Positions 20,032 to 30,079 are shown, counted from the first letter of the stretch. The stretch is DNA of 55,774 nucleotides from Candidatus Ornithomonoglobus sp. (GCA_045539555.1 JAZQFP010000019.1:1-55774); one strand, 5' to 3'. Notes: a model not told the origin generated them from the letters alone. Made by a program: numbers and translations.

Positions 20032-20800
20032 AGTCCTCAAAAGGGAATATGTTACTTAGAAAATCTTTTGCTTTATTTCCTGCCTTTGCGCTGGCTTTTG
20101 TTATTGTATTTAACTTTGAACGGATAGGTGATGCACCCTCTTCTTCCTCGTCCTCAAATTCAATACCTGACATTGCACGGGTAGGGGCATAGGCGCGTCT
20201 TGATGCTCTTTCATCCTCCGCCTTTATTTCATTCATAGCCGCACGGCGTGTGTCCCATCTGCCAAGAATTTCTCTTTCCTCATCGTTTATATCAACTGTG
20301 GGTCTGTTTTCGGGCATTTCAATGCTTTCTTCATTACGGGCATAATTCTCATTTGTGTTTACAACCTCTGTTACAGGTTCATTTATGTCCTTTAATGTTG
20401 ATGCAAATTTCTCTTCTATGTCCTTTCTCAAAGCTCTTATTTCGGATGAGCTCTGGGCACTTCTACGGGCAAGACGATAGAAGCGATTTCCTACCCAACA
20501 TGCAACAAAGAAGTTAACCACAACTGATGCTAAGAACCAGAAGAAGCCACCCCACTTTGACAAATACTTGCTTGATGTGCCTGTTGCCTGTGTTGTTACG
20601 CTTGTAGGCTCTGATGCACCGCCTGTTGTTGATGTTGTATTGTCTTCATTTGATGATGCTGTTACTGTATCTGTTACTGATGTATCAGCTCCCGGGCCTG
20701 AACGAAACTCATCTGTTGCAAAAACAGTTGCTGCACTCATTGTTACCACAGTAGATACTGCACATAATGTAATTATAAATTTTCTCATAATGCTTTTCAT
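20030..20800 (-). CDS. Hypothetical single-pass membrane protein (signal peptide, Thr/Ser-rich ectodomain, TM helix, charged cytoplasmic tail)
   Basis: ATG 20800 lies behind GAAAGGGA, 16 nt after the stop of the 713-aa gene. The sequence runs MKSIMRKFIITLCAVSTVVTMSAATVFA, then TDTVTASSNEDNTTSTTGGASEPTSVTTQATGTSS, then the TM helix GGFFWFLASVVVNFFVACWVG, then about 130 aa of E/R/K-rich tail. No recognisable family. Confidence 0.6.
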   Translation of the reverse strand: MKSIMRKFIITLCAVSTVVTMSAATVFATDEFRSGPGADTSVTDTVTASSNEDNTTSTTGGASEPTSVTTQATGTSSKYLSKWGGFFWFLASVVVNFFVACWVGNRFYRLARRSAQSSSEIRALRKDIEEKFASTLKDINEPVTEVVNTNENYARNEESIEMPENRPTVDINDEEREILGRWDTRRAAMNEIKAEDERASRRAYAPTRAMSGIEFEDEEEEGASPIRSKLNTITKASAKAGNKAKDFLSNIFPFED

Positions 20801-20816
20801 ATCATTATTCCCTTTC

Positions 20817-22958
20817 TCAATCTCTTTCATCTTTGAAAACCTTGCGAAGTTCTGCCTTGATGTCAAGTCTGCTAAGTTTAATCTTGTTTGCTTCATATAT
20901 ACGTATATATGCTATCATCTTTTTATCATCACGCTTTGCTTTCATTGCACCAATAAGGAACCAGTTCCAGAAGCTTTCGGGAACAGTCTCCATATTTACC
21001 ATAATGTCATGATAATGTCCCGGTGATTCTATAATCTCTATTGCAAGTTTTGCAATCATATAATGATAACACTGAGGCTCTTTTCTCTTTAATTCAAGAA
21101 TAAGTCTCTTTGTCTTTTCTGCAAGACGCTTTGCCTCACGCTGATCACCGTATGCCCCCTGCCACATATAGAATGTGCTAAGCAATCTTGAAATCATATA
21201 TGGAGATGAATTGTATTCCATATCCGCCATAACTTCTCGCTTAATGGCCTCGTATGTCCCACGCTTAAAAGGCTCGTAGCCTACCCTTGTAAGCATTCTT
21301 TTGATTTTCTTTGCATCCTCTTCCGCCTCATGTGGAAGTTTCTTTCTACGGGCAATATTAACTCCGTAGTTTTCCCATTTAACGTCATCGTGTTCTAATA
21401 TGTATCTGATACAGCCCACTGATAAATGCTTGTCCTCTGTTGATGCTTCAATGTATGCGACAAGCTCGTGAACTTCCTCGGGAGTCCATCCCTTTGGAAC
21501 GGAGAACATATTATTGCCATAGCCCGTTATAATTCCACACATGGCAAGTTCTGTCAAAGCTGAAAGGTATTTCTTCTTTCTACCCATCATATGTGCCCAG
21601 CTGTCAAATACACCGCTGTGCTTTAATCTGGCAATAAAGTTAAGAATTAAAATCTTGTTCTTATCACCCATTGTGTCAAAGTTATCACAAATACAATCCA
21701 TATAGGATGTAAGGTTTTCAAGCATTACCTCTATCTGCGCCTTTGTTCCAACGCCAAAAATGCTCTCTATGTCGTAGTTCTCACCCTTACATAGCTTTTC
21801 TACACATTCTGCAACATACATCTCTGTAAGCTTTTTTGCCTCGTCTTCAAAAAGGTCAATGTTGTCATACATTACCTTGGTAACCTCAAAACGAACCTCA
21901 GCCATATCCTCACTATCAAGCATAGCAAAAAGTTCCCTTGCGCGAATGGCAAACGCCTCGTCTCCCGCTGAACGCTTAAACTTCAAAAGCTTACCACCCA
22001 TACCACTGAATGTAATATTCTGTGTCAATGAGAACCAGTCAAGGTATGCGCTAATTGATGAAAGCTTGTATTTTGCATATTCTTTTCTTATCTCATCTAC
22101 TGTGAACTTAAACAGGCTTGACTCGGAAACCGCTGAGAAATCAATGGCATTAAAGTCAATGTATATGCAATTTTCTCTTGCCTCAATAGCTTCTCGGGTA
22201 ATGTTGTTTCTTCCGTCTACGGTTCCGTGGAACACTATCTTGTCCTGCTTATCCGATGGCAAATATACATTATGTGTAGAAATGCCTGTGTTAAGAGATA
22301 CGTCTCTTGGAAGCATCCATTTAAGTGCTACAAGATACTTATCCGTATCCTCCGAAGATGCTGTGGAAATACAAATATTTTTCAGGTTTTCAGAGGTAAG
22401 CATTGTAACTGCATGGTTTACAATATATGTCAGCTCTTTCTTATGCTCGTCTATAAAAGCCTTGATTTCTTCCTCTGTGTCCTTAGGACGCTGAGGATCA
22501 ATAAGGGTTGGCATATATCTTACAAGGGGAGTATTATATTCCTCTTTTGTAAGGTATGTTCTGAACAATTCTGAGCCGTAATACTGCTCAGGGAAAAAGT
22601 CATCCCCGAACTCATCAAATACCAGTGCATGAGCAAAAACATTGCCCTCTTCTCCGTTTATATCAACCCCTGCATACACCGTCTGTATTGCCGCCATTCT
22701 TCCGTCTGAAAGACGCAAAGTGCGGAACGCTTTCGGGAACGCCTGTCCCACTGACGGGTCGCCAAATTCATGAGAATATTCTATGGTATTGTCCTTTGGC
22801 AGTCTGTAACTGCAAAATCTCATCAGTTCTGCAATATTTTCCTTAGTAATTCCCTGTGAGCAGGAATATACCCGCTGACCCGCCTGATTTTCCAAACCTA
22901 AATCTGGGTCTGCAATGCTATACTGCACCGAAGTGTATATCATCTGGTATACCTTCAT
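20817..22958 (-). CDS. Hypothetical 713-aa cytoplasmic protein; N-terminal domain possibly GAP1-N2-like, remainder alpha-helical
   Basis: Long intact ORF with a GGAAGGAG RBS, 26 nt after the ABC exporter stop. N-terminus MKVYQMIYTSVQ...GLENQAGQRVYSCSQGIT. I found no P-loop, HExxH, CxxC or other catalytic motif. The family assignment is from memory only. Confidence 0.55.
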   Translation of the reverse strand: MKVYQMIYTSVQYSIADPDLGLENQAGQRVYSCSQGITKENIAELMRFCSYRLPKDNTIEYSHEFGDPSVGQAFPKAFRTLRLSDGRMAAIQTVYAGVDINGEEGNVFAHALVFDEFGDDFFPEQYYGSELFRTYLTKEEYNTPLVRYMPTLIDPQRPKDTEEEIKAFIDEHKKELTYIVNHAVTMLTSENLKNICISTASSEDTDKYLVALKWMLPRDVSLNTGISTHNVYLPSDKQDKIVFHGTVDGRNNITREAIEARENCIYIDFNAIDFSAVSESSLFKFTVDEIRKEYAKYKLSSISAYLDWFSLTQNITFSGMGGKLLKFKRSAGDEAFAIRARELFAMLDSEDMAEVRFEVTKVMYDNIDLFEDEAKKLTEMYVAECVEKLCKGENYDIESIFGVGTKAQIEVMLENLTSYMDCICDNFDTMGDKNKILILNFIARLKHSGVFDSWAHMMGRKKKYLSALTELAMCGIITGYGNNMFSVPKGWTPEEVHELVAYIEASTEDKHLSVGCIRYILEHDDVKWENYGVNIARRKKLPHEAEEDAKKIKRMLTRVGYEPFKRGTYEAIKREVMADMEYNSSPYMISRLLSTFYMWQGAYGDQREAKRLAEKTKRLILELKRKEPQCYHYMIAKLAIEIIESPGHYHDIMVNMETVPESFWNWFLIGAMKAKRDDKKMIAYIRIYEANKIKLSRLDIKAELRKVFKDERD

Positions 22959-22984
22959 TTGTTTTCTCCTTCCACCTGTGTTTT

Positions 22985-24826
22985 TTATTGGAGTTCCTTG
23001 ATTCCTGTGTGTAACTCGTAATATCTGCCCTTTAATTCAAGTAACTCATCGTGTGTTCCTCGCTCGATTATTTCGCCGTTTTCCAGTACCATTATTGCGT
23101 TGGCATTACGAATGGTTGATAATCTGTGAGCAATGACAAAAGTTGTTCTGTTTTCCATCAGCGCATCCATACCACGATTAATGTTTTGCTCCGTTTTCGT
23201 GTCAACTGACGAGGTCGCCTCATCAAGTATCAATATGGGTGCTTTTGATAATGCGGCACGGGCAATGTTAAGAAGCTGTCGCTGTCCCTGAGACAGATTT
23301 GCTCCATCGCCGTCAAGAACGGTATCATACCCTTCTGGCATATTTTTTATAAAACTATGCGCACATGAGGTATGTGCAGCCGCAATTACCTCTTCATCCG
23401 TTGCATCAAGTCTTCCATAACGGATGTTTTCCATAACCGTGCCAGTAAACAAATGGGTATCCTGTAATACCATTGCTATGTTTTCCCTTAAACTGTTACG
23501 GTCAATGTCTTTAATATCAATACCATCAATGGTTATCTTTCCATTATCCACATCATAAAACCTTGTAATAAGATTAGTTATTGTGGTTTTTCCCGCACCT
23601 GTTGAGCCAACTAAGGCTATCTTTTGTCCTGGATGGGCGTACATGGAAATATTTTTAAGTATTGTTTTATCGGGGTTGTAGCCAAATGTAACATTCTCAA
23701 TTACAACATCTCCCCGAATATTTTCCAACTTAACCTTGTTGTTATCATCTGCCGACTCGGGCTTCTCATCCATTACGGCAAAAACCCTCTCGGCACCAGC
23801 CAAAGCTGACATAACAACATTTATCTGGTTTGAAATCTCGTTTATGGGTCTTGAAAACTGTCTTGAATAGTTTACAAAAACCGTCAGGCCTCCAATATCC
23901 AAAGCTGCAAAATTTTCAAGCCCGATTTTTCCTATTCTTGTGAACAACGTTAAAGTTGAGCCAACAAACGCCGTTACTGTATAACTTACCTGAGACATTG
24001 CATTCATGCACGGGCCCATTATTCCACCAAGGAAATTGGCCTTAATCTGAATATCTTTCAAGGTATTGTTCATTGAATTAAAGTCTTTTTTGACCTTATC
24101 TTCATGGTTAAAGACTTTAACAACTTTCTGTCCGCTTACGGTTTCTTCAATAAAACCGTTAACTGCACCAAGCTGTGCCTGTTGTTTGCCAAAGTACTTT
24201 CTTGTATGCTTAGCAATAGTACCTGATACCAACGCCATAAGTGGTGTCAGGGTCAGGGTTACCAATGCAAGTGGTACATTTGTAACAAACATAAGAACTA
24301 TTGAACCAATAAGAGTCAATATCCCCGACAGCATATGCAATATTGTTGAATCGAACATCTGCCCGATATTATCAATATCATTAGTAAATCGGCTCATTAT
24401 GTCGCCAGCACTGTTTGTATCATAATACTTTACGCTAAGGCTTTGTAACTTGTCAAACAAACTTGCACGAATGCGCTTAATGGCATCCTGTGAGACTTGT
24501 ATCATTGTTCTCGCCTGAATAAAGGAAGCAATAATACCAATTAAATAAATAAGTCCCATTATGACAAGACCTATAATAAGCTTTTTTAGCTTTATATCCC
24601 CTGGCTCGTCAAGAGCAAGATTTCCCATAATGGGTCTTAGCATATATGTTCCGCCAAGGTTTGCAGCGGTGCTTATAACAACACAAATTACGGCAAAAAG
24701 TACTTTATATTTATCTCTGCCAATATATGAGAATAGTCTGTTTATAGCACCCGTTAAGTTTTTAGGCTTTGCCTGTTTTTGAAATCTTGCATTTCTGTTA
24801 TTGTTGTGTCCCATCTGTGGAGGCAT
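22985..24826 (-). CDS. ABC exporter, fused permease/ATPase (heterodimer partner 2)
   Basis: Six-TM domain plus an NBD with GSTGAGKTT (Walker A), LSQGQRQ (signature) and ILILDEATS (Walker B). ATG 24826 lies 1 nt after the upstream stop and behind GGAGGTG. The 44-codon N-terminal extension in the track (to 24958) overlaps the upstream gene. Confidence 0.9.
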   Translation of the reverse strand: MPPQMGHNNNRNARFQKQAKPKNLTGAINRLFSYIGRDKYKVLFAVICVVISTAANLGGTYMLRPIMGNLALDEPGDIKLKKLIIGLVIMGLIYLIGIIASFIQARTMIQVSQDAIKRIRASLFDKLQSLSVKYYDTNSAGDIMSRFTNDIDNIGQMFDSTILHMLSGILTLIGSIVLMFVTNVPLALVTLTLTPLMALVSGTIAKHTRKYFGKQQAQLGAVNGFIEETVSGQKVVKVFNHEDKVKKDFNSMNNTLKDIQIKANFLGGIMGPCMNAMSQVSYTVTAFVGSTLTLFTRIGKIGLENFAALDIGGLTVFVNYSRQFSRPINEISNQINVVMSALAGAERVFAVMDEKPESADDNNKVKLENIRGDVVIENVTFGYNPDKTILKNISMYAHPGQKIALVGSTGAGKTTITNLITRFYDVDNGKITIDGIDIKDIDRNSLRENIAMVLQDTHLFTGTVMENIRYGRLDATDEEVIAAAHTSCAHSFIKNMPEGYDTVLDGDGANLSQGQRQLLNIARAALSKAPILILDEATSSVDTKTEQNINRGMDALMENRTTFVIAHRLSTIRNANAIMVLENGEIIERGTHDELLELKGRYYELHTGIKELQ

Positions 24827-24827
24827 A

Positions 24828-26561
24828 TTACGACACCTCCCTTTCCATCTGGGAATAGTATATATCCTTGTACTCTTCACACTCGTTGATAAGTGTATTA
24901 TGAGTACCCTCGCCAACAATTCTACCATCATCAAGAACGATAATGTTGTCAGCATCAATCACGGATGAAATTCTCTGTGCAATGATTATCTTTGTTGTAT
25001 CCTTTAATTCTCCATAAAGCATATTACGGATATTTGCCTCTGTTGCAGTATCAACCGCACTTGTTGAGTCATCAAGGATAAGAATTTTCGGGTTTTTAAG
25101 CAATGCTCTTGCAATACACAATCTCTGCTTCTGGCCACCTGAAACATTTGAGCCGCCGCGGCCAAGCTCTGTATTATACCCATCTGCAAAGGCTTCTATA
25201 AATTTATCTGCCTGTGCTGCACTTGTTACCTTTTTAATCGCAGACATATCCGCGTTCTCATCGCCCCATCTGAGATTATCCTCAATGGTTCCTGAAAACA
25301 AAACGTTTTTCTGCAATACCATACCAACGCCGTCTCGTAAATTCTTTAAGCTATATTCCTTTACATTAACGCCGTCAACTAATACATCGCCCTCGGTAGT
25401 ATCATACAGTCTCGGAATAAGCTGAACAAGGGAGCTTTTTCCTGAACCTGTAACACCTACAATGCCAAGGGTTGTTCCCCCTGACACCTTAAAGGATATG
25501 TTCTCTAAAACATTCTCCTCTCTGTTCTTATGATACTTAAAGGATACATTTCTAAACTCAATGTCTCCCTTTTCTACCTTTCTGTCTTTTTCTGTGGCAT
25601 ATATATCTGTTAAATCTATCTCAGTATCCAGCACCTCTCCCACACGACGGAATGACATTATTGCTCTTGAAGAGTTTATTATCATCATTGAAACCATCAT
25701 AAGTGAGCTTAAAATCTGTGTGATGTACTGAACAATAGAGTTTAGAGCACCTACCTCAATACCACCTGATATTACAATCTGTCCACCATTTACAAGGGTA
25801 ACAATAGTTGCAATATTCATAGCAAGTGTCATTATTGGCATAGTGCAGATAATGATTTTAAGAGCACTGTATGTTGCATCTCTTAAATCGGAGTTTGCCT
25901 TATCAAACTTCTTTATTTCATGGTCCTGTCTTACAAAAGACTTTATAACCCTTACATTAGTTATATTCTCTTGTGTATGAGAGTTAAGGTTGTCAAGGCT
26001 CTTCTGCATTCTGCCAAATCTGGGCATTGCCGTTCTCATAATAAAGAATATAGTCGTTGCTAAAAGTGGCAACATTACAATAAGGATGGATGCAAGGCTC
26101 TTGTTAATGGAAAACGCCATTATAACGCCACCAATAAGCATACCTGGCGAACGCACCGCCATAATAAGCATCATTCGGGTAATGTTCATTATCTGGGTAA
26201 TATCGTTAGTTAATCGGGTTATTATTGAGCCTGTGGAGAAACTGTCAATGTTCTTAAAGGAAAATTCCTGAACCTTGTTAAATACTGCGCCTCTTAAATC
26301 GGTACTGAAACTTACAGCGGCCTTTATTGAAAAATAGTGTCCTCCGATTCCGCCGCAAATCATTATAGCTATACAGCTAAGCATCTTTAACGCCTGTGCT
26401 ATAATAAAACTCTCTCCTGCACCGCCGATAATTCCCGTATCAATCATTTCGCCCATAAGTCTTGGCAAAACAATTTCACCCGCTACCTCTGTGAGCATCA
26501 GGAGCGGACCTAATATGAAATATAGGGTGTAGGGTTTTATATAACGGAGATATTTTCTCAC
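24828..26561 (-). CDS. ABC exporter, fused permease/ATPase (heterodimer partner 1)
   Basis: GVTGSGKSS, VSGGQKQR, ILILDDSTS. GTG start behind AGAGGGA. Confidence 0.9.
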   Translation of the reverse strand: MRKYLRYIKPYTLYFILGPLLMLTEVAGEIVLPRLMGEMIDTGIIGGAGESFIIAQALKMLSCIAIMICGGIGGHYFSIKAAVSFSTDLRGAVFNKVQEFSFKNIDSFSTGSIITRLTNDITQIMNITRMMLIMAVRSPGMLIGGVIMAFSINKSLASILIVMLPLLATTIFFIMRTAMPRFGRMQKSLDNLNSHTQENITNVRVIKSFVRQDHEIKKFDKANSDLRDATYSALKIIICTMPIMTLAMNIATIVTLVNGGQIVISGGIEVGALNSIVQYITQILSSLMMVSMMIINSSRAIMSFRRVGEVLDTEIDLTDIYATEKDRKVEKGDIEFRNVSFKYHKNREENVLENISFKVSGGTTLGIVGVTGSGKSSLVQLIPRLYDTTEGDVLVDGVNVKEYSLKNLRDGVGMVLQKNVLFSGTIEDNLRWGDENADMSAIKKVTSAAQADKFIEAFADGYNTELGRGGSNVSGGQKQRLCIARALLKNPKILILDDSTSAVDTATEANIRNMLYGELKDTTKIIIAQRISSVIDADNIIVLDDGRIVGEGTHNTLINECEEYKDIYYSQMEREVS

Positions 26562-26611
26562 GCAAATTCCCTCTTTCCAAAATGGAGTATAAGGGCAAAC
26601 CCTGTCCTCAA

Positions 26612-27787
26612 TTACTCTTTAATATACTTTTTAACAAATCTTGCAATTCTCTTTAATGCCTCTTCGATACTTTCAACGGAATATGCATATGAGCATCGGA
26701 TAAAGCCCTCACCGCAATCACCGAATGCAGTACCCGGAACAACCGCAACTTTTTCCTCTTCAAGAAGACGATTACAAAATTCTTCACTTGTCATTCCGGT
26801 TTTTGCAATACATGGGAAAACGTAAAACGCGCCATAAGGCTCAAAACATGATAGCCCCATATTGCGAAAACCGTCAACAATAATACGACGGCGGCGGTTA
26901 TACTCATCGCACATAGTTTGCACATCGTTGTCGCATGAGCGAAGCGCCTCTATTGCCGCGTACTGACTGGTTGTAGGTGATGACATAATTCCATACTGAT
27001 GAATTTTTGTCATTAGCTTTATCAGTCTCTCGGGGCCTACTGCATAACCAAGTCTCCAACCTGTCATGGCAAAAGCCTTTGAGAAACCGTTTACTACAAC
27101 TGTTCTTTCATACATTCCATCTATCTTTGAGAATGGAACATGTTTTTCATCGCTGTATCTTAACTCGCCGTAAATCTCATCTGATAAAACAAGTATATCA
27201 GTATCGCGAATTACATCGGCAATAGCCTCTAAGTCTGCCTTTGACATAACCGCACCTGTGGGGTTATTGGGGAAAGGCAGGATAAGAAGCTTAGTTTTAT
27301 CTGTTATCTTCTCTTTTAACTGCTCAGGTGTAAGGCGGAAGTTGTCCTCCTCCTTTGTTTCAATTATAACGGGTACGCCACCTGCCATAATTGTAAGGGG
27401 TTTATAGCACACAAAACTTGGCTCAGGTATAAGCACCTCATCCCCAGGGTTTACAACGGCTCTTATCATGGCATCAATAGCCTCAGAGCCACCAACTGTT
27501 ACAAGCACCTGTGTTGCGGCGTCATACTTAACGCCATACTTACGCTTGTTATATGTACAAATCTCCTCACGAAGTTCTATTAAGCCGCTGTTTGCGGTGT
27601 AGTATGTCTGTCCTTTTTCAAGACTCGCAATACCTGCCTCGCGAATTGCCCAGGGAGTAACAAAGTCAGGCTCACCTACGCCCAGAGATATTGCTCCCTT
27701 CATTGTTCCTACTACATCAAAAAATTTTCTTATTCCTGACGGGGGTAATGCGTCCACCGTGGAATTTATCAGTTTATCTAAATTCAT
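26612..27787 (-). CDS. Class I/II PLP-dependent aminotransferase (AspC/PatA-like)
   Basis: 391 aa. NPTGAVM and the PLP-lysine region NGFSKAFAMTGWRLGY. The start overlaps the Lrp stop (ATGA). Confidence 0.85.
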   Translation of the reverse strand: MNLDKLINSTVDALPPSGIRKFFDVVGTMKGAISLGVGEPDFVTPWAIREAGIASLEKGQTYYTANSGLIELREEICTYNKRKYGVKYDAATQVLVTVGGSEAIDAMIRAVVNPGDEVLIPEPSFVCYKPLTIMAGGVPVIIETKEEDNFRLTPEQLKEKITDKTKLLILPFPNNPTGAVMSKADLEAIADVIRDTDILVLSDEIYGELRYSDEKHVPFSKIDGMYERTVVVNGFSKAFAMTGWRLGYAVGPERLIKLMTKIHQYGIMSSPTTSQYAAIEALRSCDNDVQTMCDEYNRRRRIIVDGFRNMGLSCFEPYGAFYVFPCIAKTGMTSEEFCNRLLEEEKVAVVPGTAFGDCGEGFIRCSYAYSVESIEEALKRIARFVKKYIKE

Positions 27788-28272
27788 AAAGTAATCACCT
27801 GTCTCGAATCTTTCTTGTCGTCTTTGAATATAATACCCTCTGCCTTGTATTTTTTAAGCATAAAATGAGTAGCGGTTGATACAACCGACTCCATGGGTGC
27901 AAGTTTCTGCGCAACAAAAAGTGCAACTTCTTTCATACTTGTTCCCTCTATCATAACTGATAGGTCATATGCTCCTGACATCAGGTACACGGCTCGTACC
28001 TGAGGATATTTATAAATACGGGCGGCTACTTTATCAAAGCCCTCTCCACGCTGTGGAGTAACTTTAAGGTCAATAAGCGCCATTACCACGTCTCTGTCTG
28101 TTTTGTCCCAGTTAACAATGGTTTTGTAACCTGCGATTATATGATTATCTTCAAGCTCTTTTAGCGTCTTTGACACTTCCTCTTCGGTTTTTCCAAGCTT
28201 TTTTGAGATTTTTGCCACATCTATACGGCCCTGCTCTTCATCAAGAATTTTCAATAAATCTTCCATTCTCAA
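27784..28272 (-). CDS. Lrp/AsnC family transcriptional regulator
   Basis: 162 aa. N-terminal wHTH and a C-terminal RAM/AsnC-type ligand domain (VMALIDLKVTP...VRAVYLMSGAYDLSVMIEG). Confidence 0.85.
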   Translation of the reverse strand: MRMEDLLKILDEEQGRIDVAKISKKLGKTEEEVSKTLKELEDNHIIAGYKTIVNWDKTDRDVVMALIDLKVTPQRGEGFDKVAARIYKYPQVRAVYLMSGAYDLSVMIEGTSMKEVALFVAQKLAPMESVVSTATHFMLKKYKAEGIIFKDDKKDSRQVITL

Positions 28273-28367
28273 AACCTCCTGTGTACGATTTTTGAATATA
28301 CCTCTTCCATTGTATATACATAATAATTATTATACACTAATTTAATTAAAAAAGCTATACCTTTTAA

Positions 28368-28406
28368 GTAAAAAAATAAAAAAATCAGCGGAAAATTTTC
28401 CGCCGA
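28368..28406 (-). terminator. Intrinsic terminator after dapB
   Basis: Minus strand reads TCGGCGGAAAATTTTCCGCTGA followed by TTTTTTTATTTTTTT. Confidence 0.8.
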
Positions 28407-28412
28407 TTTCTA

Positions 28413-29174
28413 TTATACTGTTGCTTCTACCAACATGTTCATATCATATAGTCCCTGGGGTTTGTTTTTCATAAACTTAGCCGCCTTAATAGCGCCTACC
28501 GCAAAGACTTCTTTTGACGCAGCATGGTGGGATAATTCAATTACTTCATCATTACCTGCAAAGATAATTTCATGGTCGCCAACTATTGTTCCGCCGCGAA
28601 CTGCACTTATTCCAATCTCTGTTGTCTTTCTCTTGCGTCGTACACTATGACGGTCAAACACATATTCCGCGGGATATGACAAAGTCTCGTCTATTGCATC
28701 GGCTATTGTCAATGCAGTACCGCTTGGTGCATCAATTTTCTTATTATGATGTCTCTCAACTATCTCTATGTCAAAATTGCCCTCTAAAAGTTTTGCCGCC
28801 TGTTTTGCAAGAGATATTAATAGATTAATTCCAAGGCTCATATTGGCTGAAAAAAACACAGGAATTTCTTTTGATGCCGCTATAAACGTTTCCTTATCCT
28901 CCACAGAATAGCCTGTTGTTGCAAGAATTACGGGAGTCTTTGTTCTCTTACAATAGTTAAGAATACTGCCAAGACATGAGGGGTGTGAGAAGTCAATTAC
29001 TACATCTGCCTCACCACTGAATTCCTCAATAGATTTAACAACAGGATAGGAATTATTTATCTCTGTGTTTATATCAACACCACAAACAATTTCCGCATCG
29101 CTATCTTCTGCAACAAGACGGGATATAACCTGACCCATCTTACCGTTACAGCCGTTCATGATTATTCTTGTCAT
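28413..29174 (-). CDS. dapB: 4-hydroxy-tetrahydrodipicolinate reductase
   Basis: 253 aa. MNGCNGKMGQ NAD(P) loop and ERHHNKKIDAPSGTA. Confidence 0.93.
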   Translation of the reverse strand: MTRIIMNGCNGKMGQVISRLVAEDSDAEIVCGVDINTEINNSYPVVKSIEEFSGEADVVIDFSHPSCLGSILNYCKRTKTPVILATTGYSVEDKETFIAASKEIPVFFSANMSLGINLLISLAKQAAKLLEGNFDIEIVERHHNKKIDAPSGTALTIADAIDETLSYPAEYVFDRHSVRRKRKTTEIGISAVRGGTIVGDHEIIFAGNDEVIELSHHAASKEVFAVGAIKAAKFMKNKPQGLYDMNMLVEATV

Positions 29175-29194
29175 GATGTAAAATTCCTTTCTTA

Positions 29195-30079
29195 TCAGAT
29201 AAGATTGTGCTTTTTAAGTGTGGCTTTAAGCTTGTTTAGGTTGCCCTCTTCCATATCTGTTAAAGGCAAACGCAAGTTGCCCACTTTCTTGCCCATAAGG
29301 TTCAGAGCTGTCTTTACGGGAATGGGGTTAACTTCAATAAACAGGTTGTTTACAAGTTCAAGATACTCCAACTGCATTTTTGTAGCAGTCTTACAGTCGC
29401 CGTCAAGGTATGCCTGACACATATCATGAGTTTCCTTGGGGCAAACATTTGCAAGAACTGAAATAACACCCTTGCCTCCCAATGACATAACGGGAATTAT
29501 CATATCATCATTACCTGAATAAATATAAAGCTCGGGCACCTCTGCTGCAACCTGTGCAGTATAGCTTATGTTACCACTTGCCTCTTTAATAGCAACGATG
29601 TTATCAATCTTTGCAAGTTCTTTCAATGCACCGATTGAAATATTAAGACCTGTTCTTGAAGGAACATTGTAAAGGATAATGGGAACATTAACTGCATTTG
29701 CAATAGCTGAGAAATGTTCAACCAAACCCTTTTGTGTTGTCTTATTGTAGTACGGTGTTACTTGAAGCAAACCGTCAACGCCTAACTTTTCTGCCTCTTT
29801 TGAAAGCTCGATTGAATGAGCTGTCTCATTTGAGCCTGTTCCTGCAATTACGGGTACACGACCTGCAACCTTCTTAACTGTATATTCTATTGCTGCTAAA
29901 TGCTCTGCATCAGGCATTGTTGACGCCTCGCCTGTTGTACCGCAGATAATAATAGCGTCTGTCTTGTTTTCTATATGCCAGTCAATTAACTCGCCCAAAA
30001 CATCGTAGTTTGTCTTCTGTCCGTCAAAGGGTGTTACTATCGCAACGCCTGAACCTGTAAAGGGTAATGTCTTTGCCAT
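29195..30079 (-). CDS. dapA: 4-hydroxy-tetrahydrodipicolinate synthase
   Basis: 294 aa. [17 protein letters not shown] and the active-site Lys in VAIKEASG. Confidence 0.95.
   Translation of the reverse strand: MAKTLPFTGSGVAIVTPFDGQKTNYDVLGELIDWHIENKTDAIIICGTTGEASTMPDAEHLAAIEYTVKKVAGRVPVIAGTGSNETAHSIELSKEAEKLGVDGLLQVTPYYNKTTQKGLVEHFSAIANAVNVPIILYNVPSRTGLNISIGALKELAKIDNIVAIKEASGNISYTAQVAAEVPELYIYSGNDDMIIPVMSLGGKGVISVLANVCPKETHDMCQAYLDGDCKTATKMQLEYLELVNNLFIEVNPIPVKTALNLMGKKVGNLRLPLTDMEEGNLNKLKATLKKHNLI

Noticed and set aside
21859-22494. 211-aa plus-strand ORF (and 20568-21026, 22227-22574) inside the orphan gene pair
   Set aside because: The Ser/Leu-rich translation is typical of the antisense of Glu/Lys-rich coding sequence. 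There is no RBS, and each lies wholly within a longer, better-supported minus-strand ORF.
22560-22958. BLUF photoreceptor domain at the N-terminus of the 713-aa protein (YQMIYTS resembles the BLUF Y-x-L-I-Y-S-S start)
   Set aside because: The downstream BLUF hallmarks (N-x-x-x-GITG-x-L, and the conserved Gln in F-x-Q-x-LEG) are absent. Only the first strand is similar.
16687-26561. N-terminal extensions in the ORF track for glgB (+19 aa), the 256-aa membrane protein (+32 aa) and the second ABC gene (+44 aa)
   Set aside because: The extensions lack RBSs, overlap the upstream gene or add non-homologous residues. Internal ATGs at 18591, 20800 and 24826 have strong SD sequences at correct spacing.
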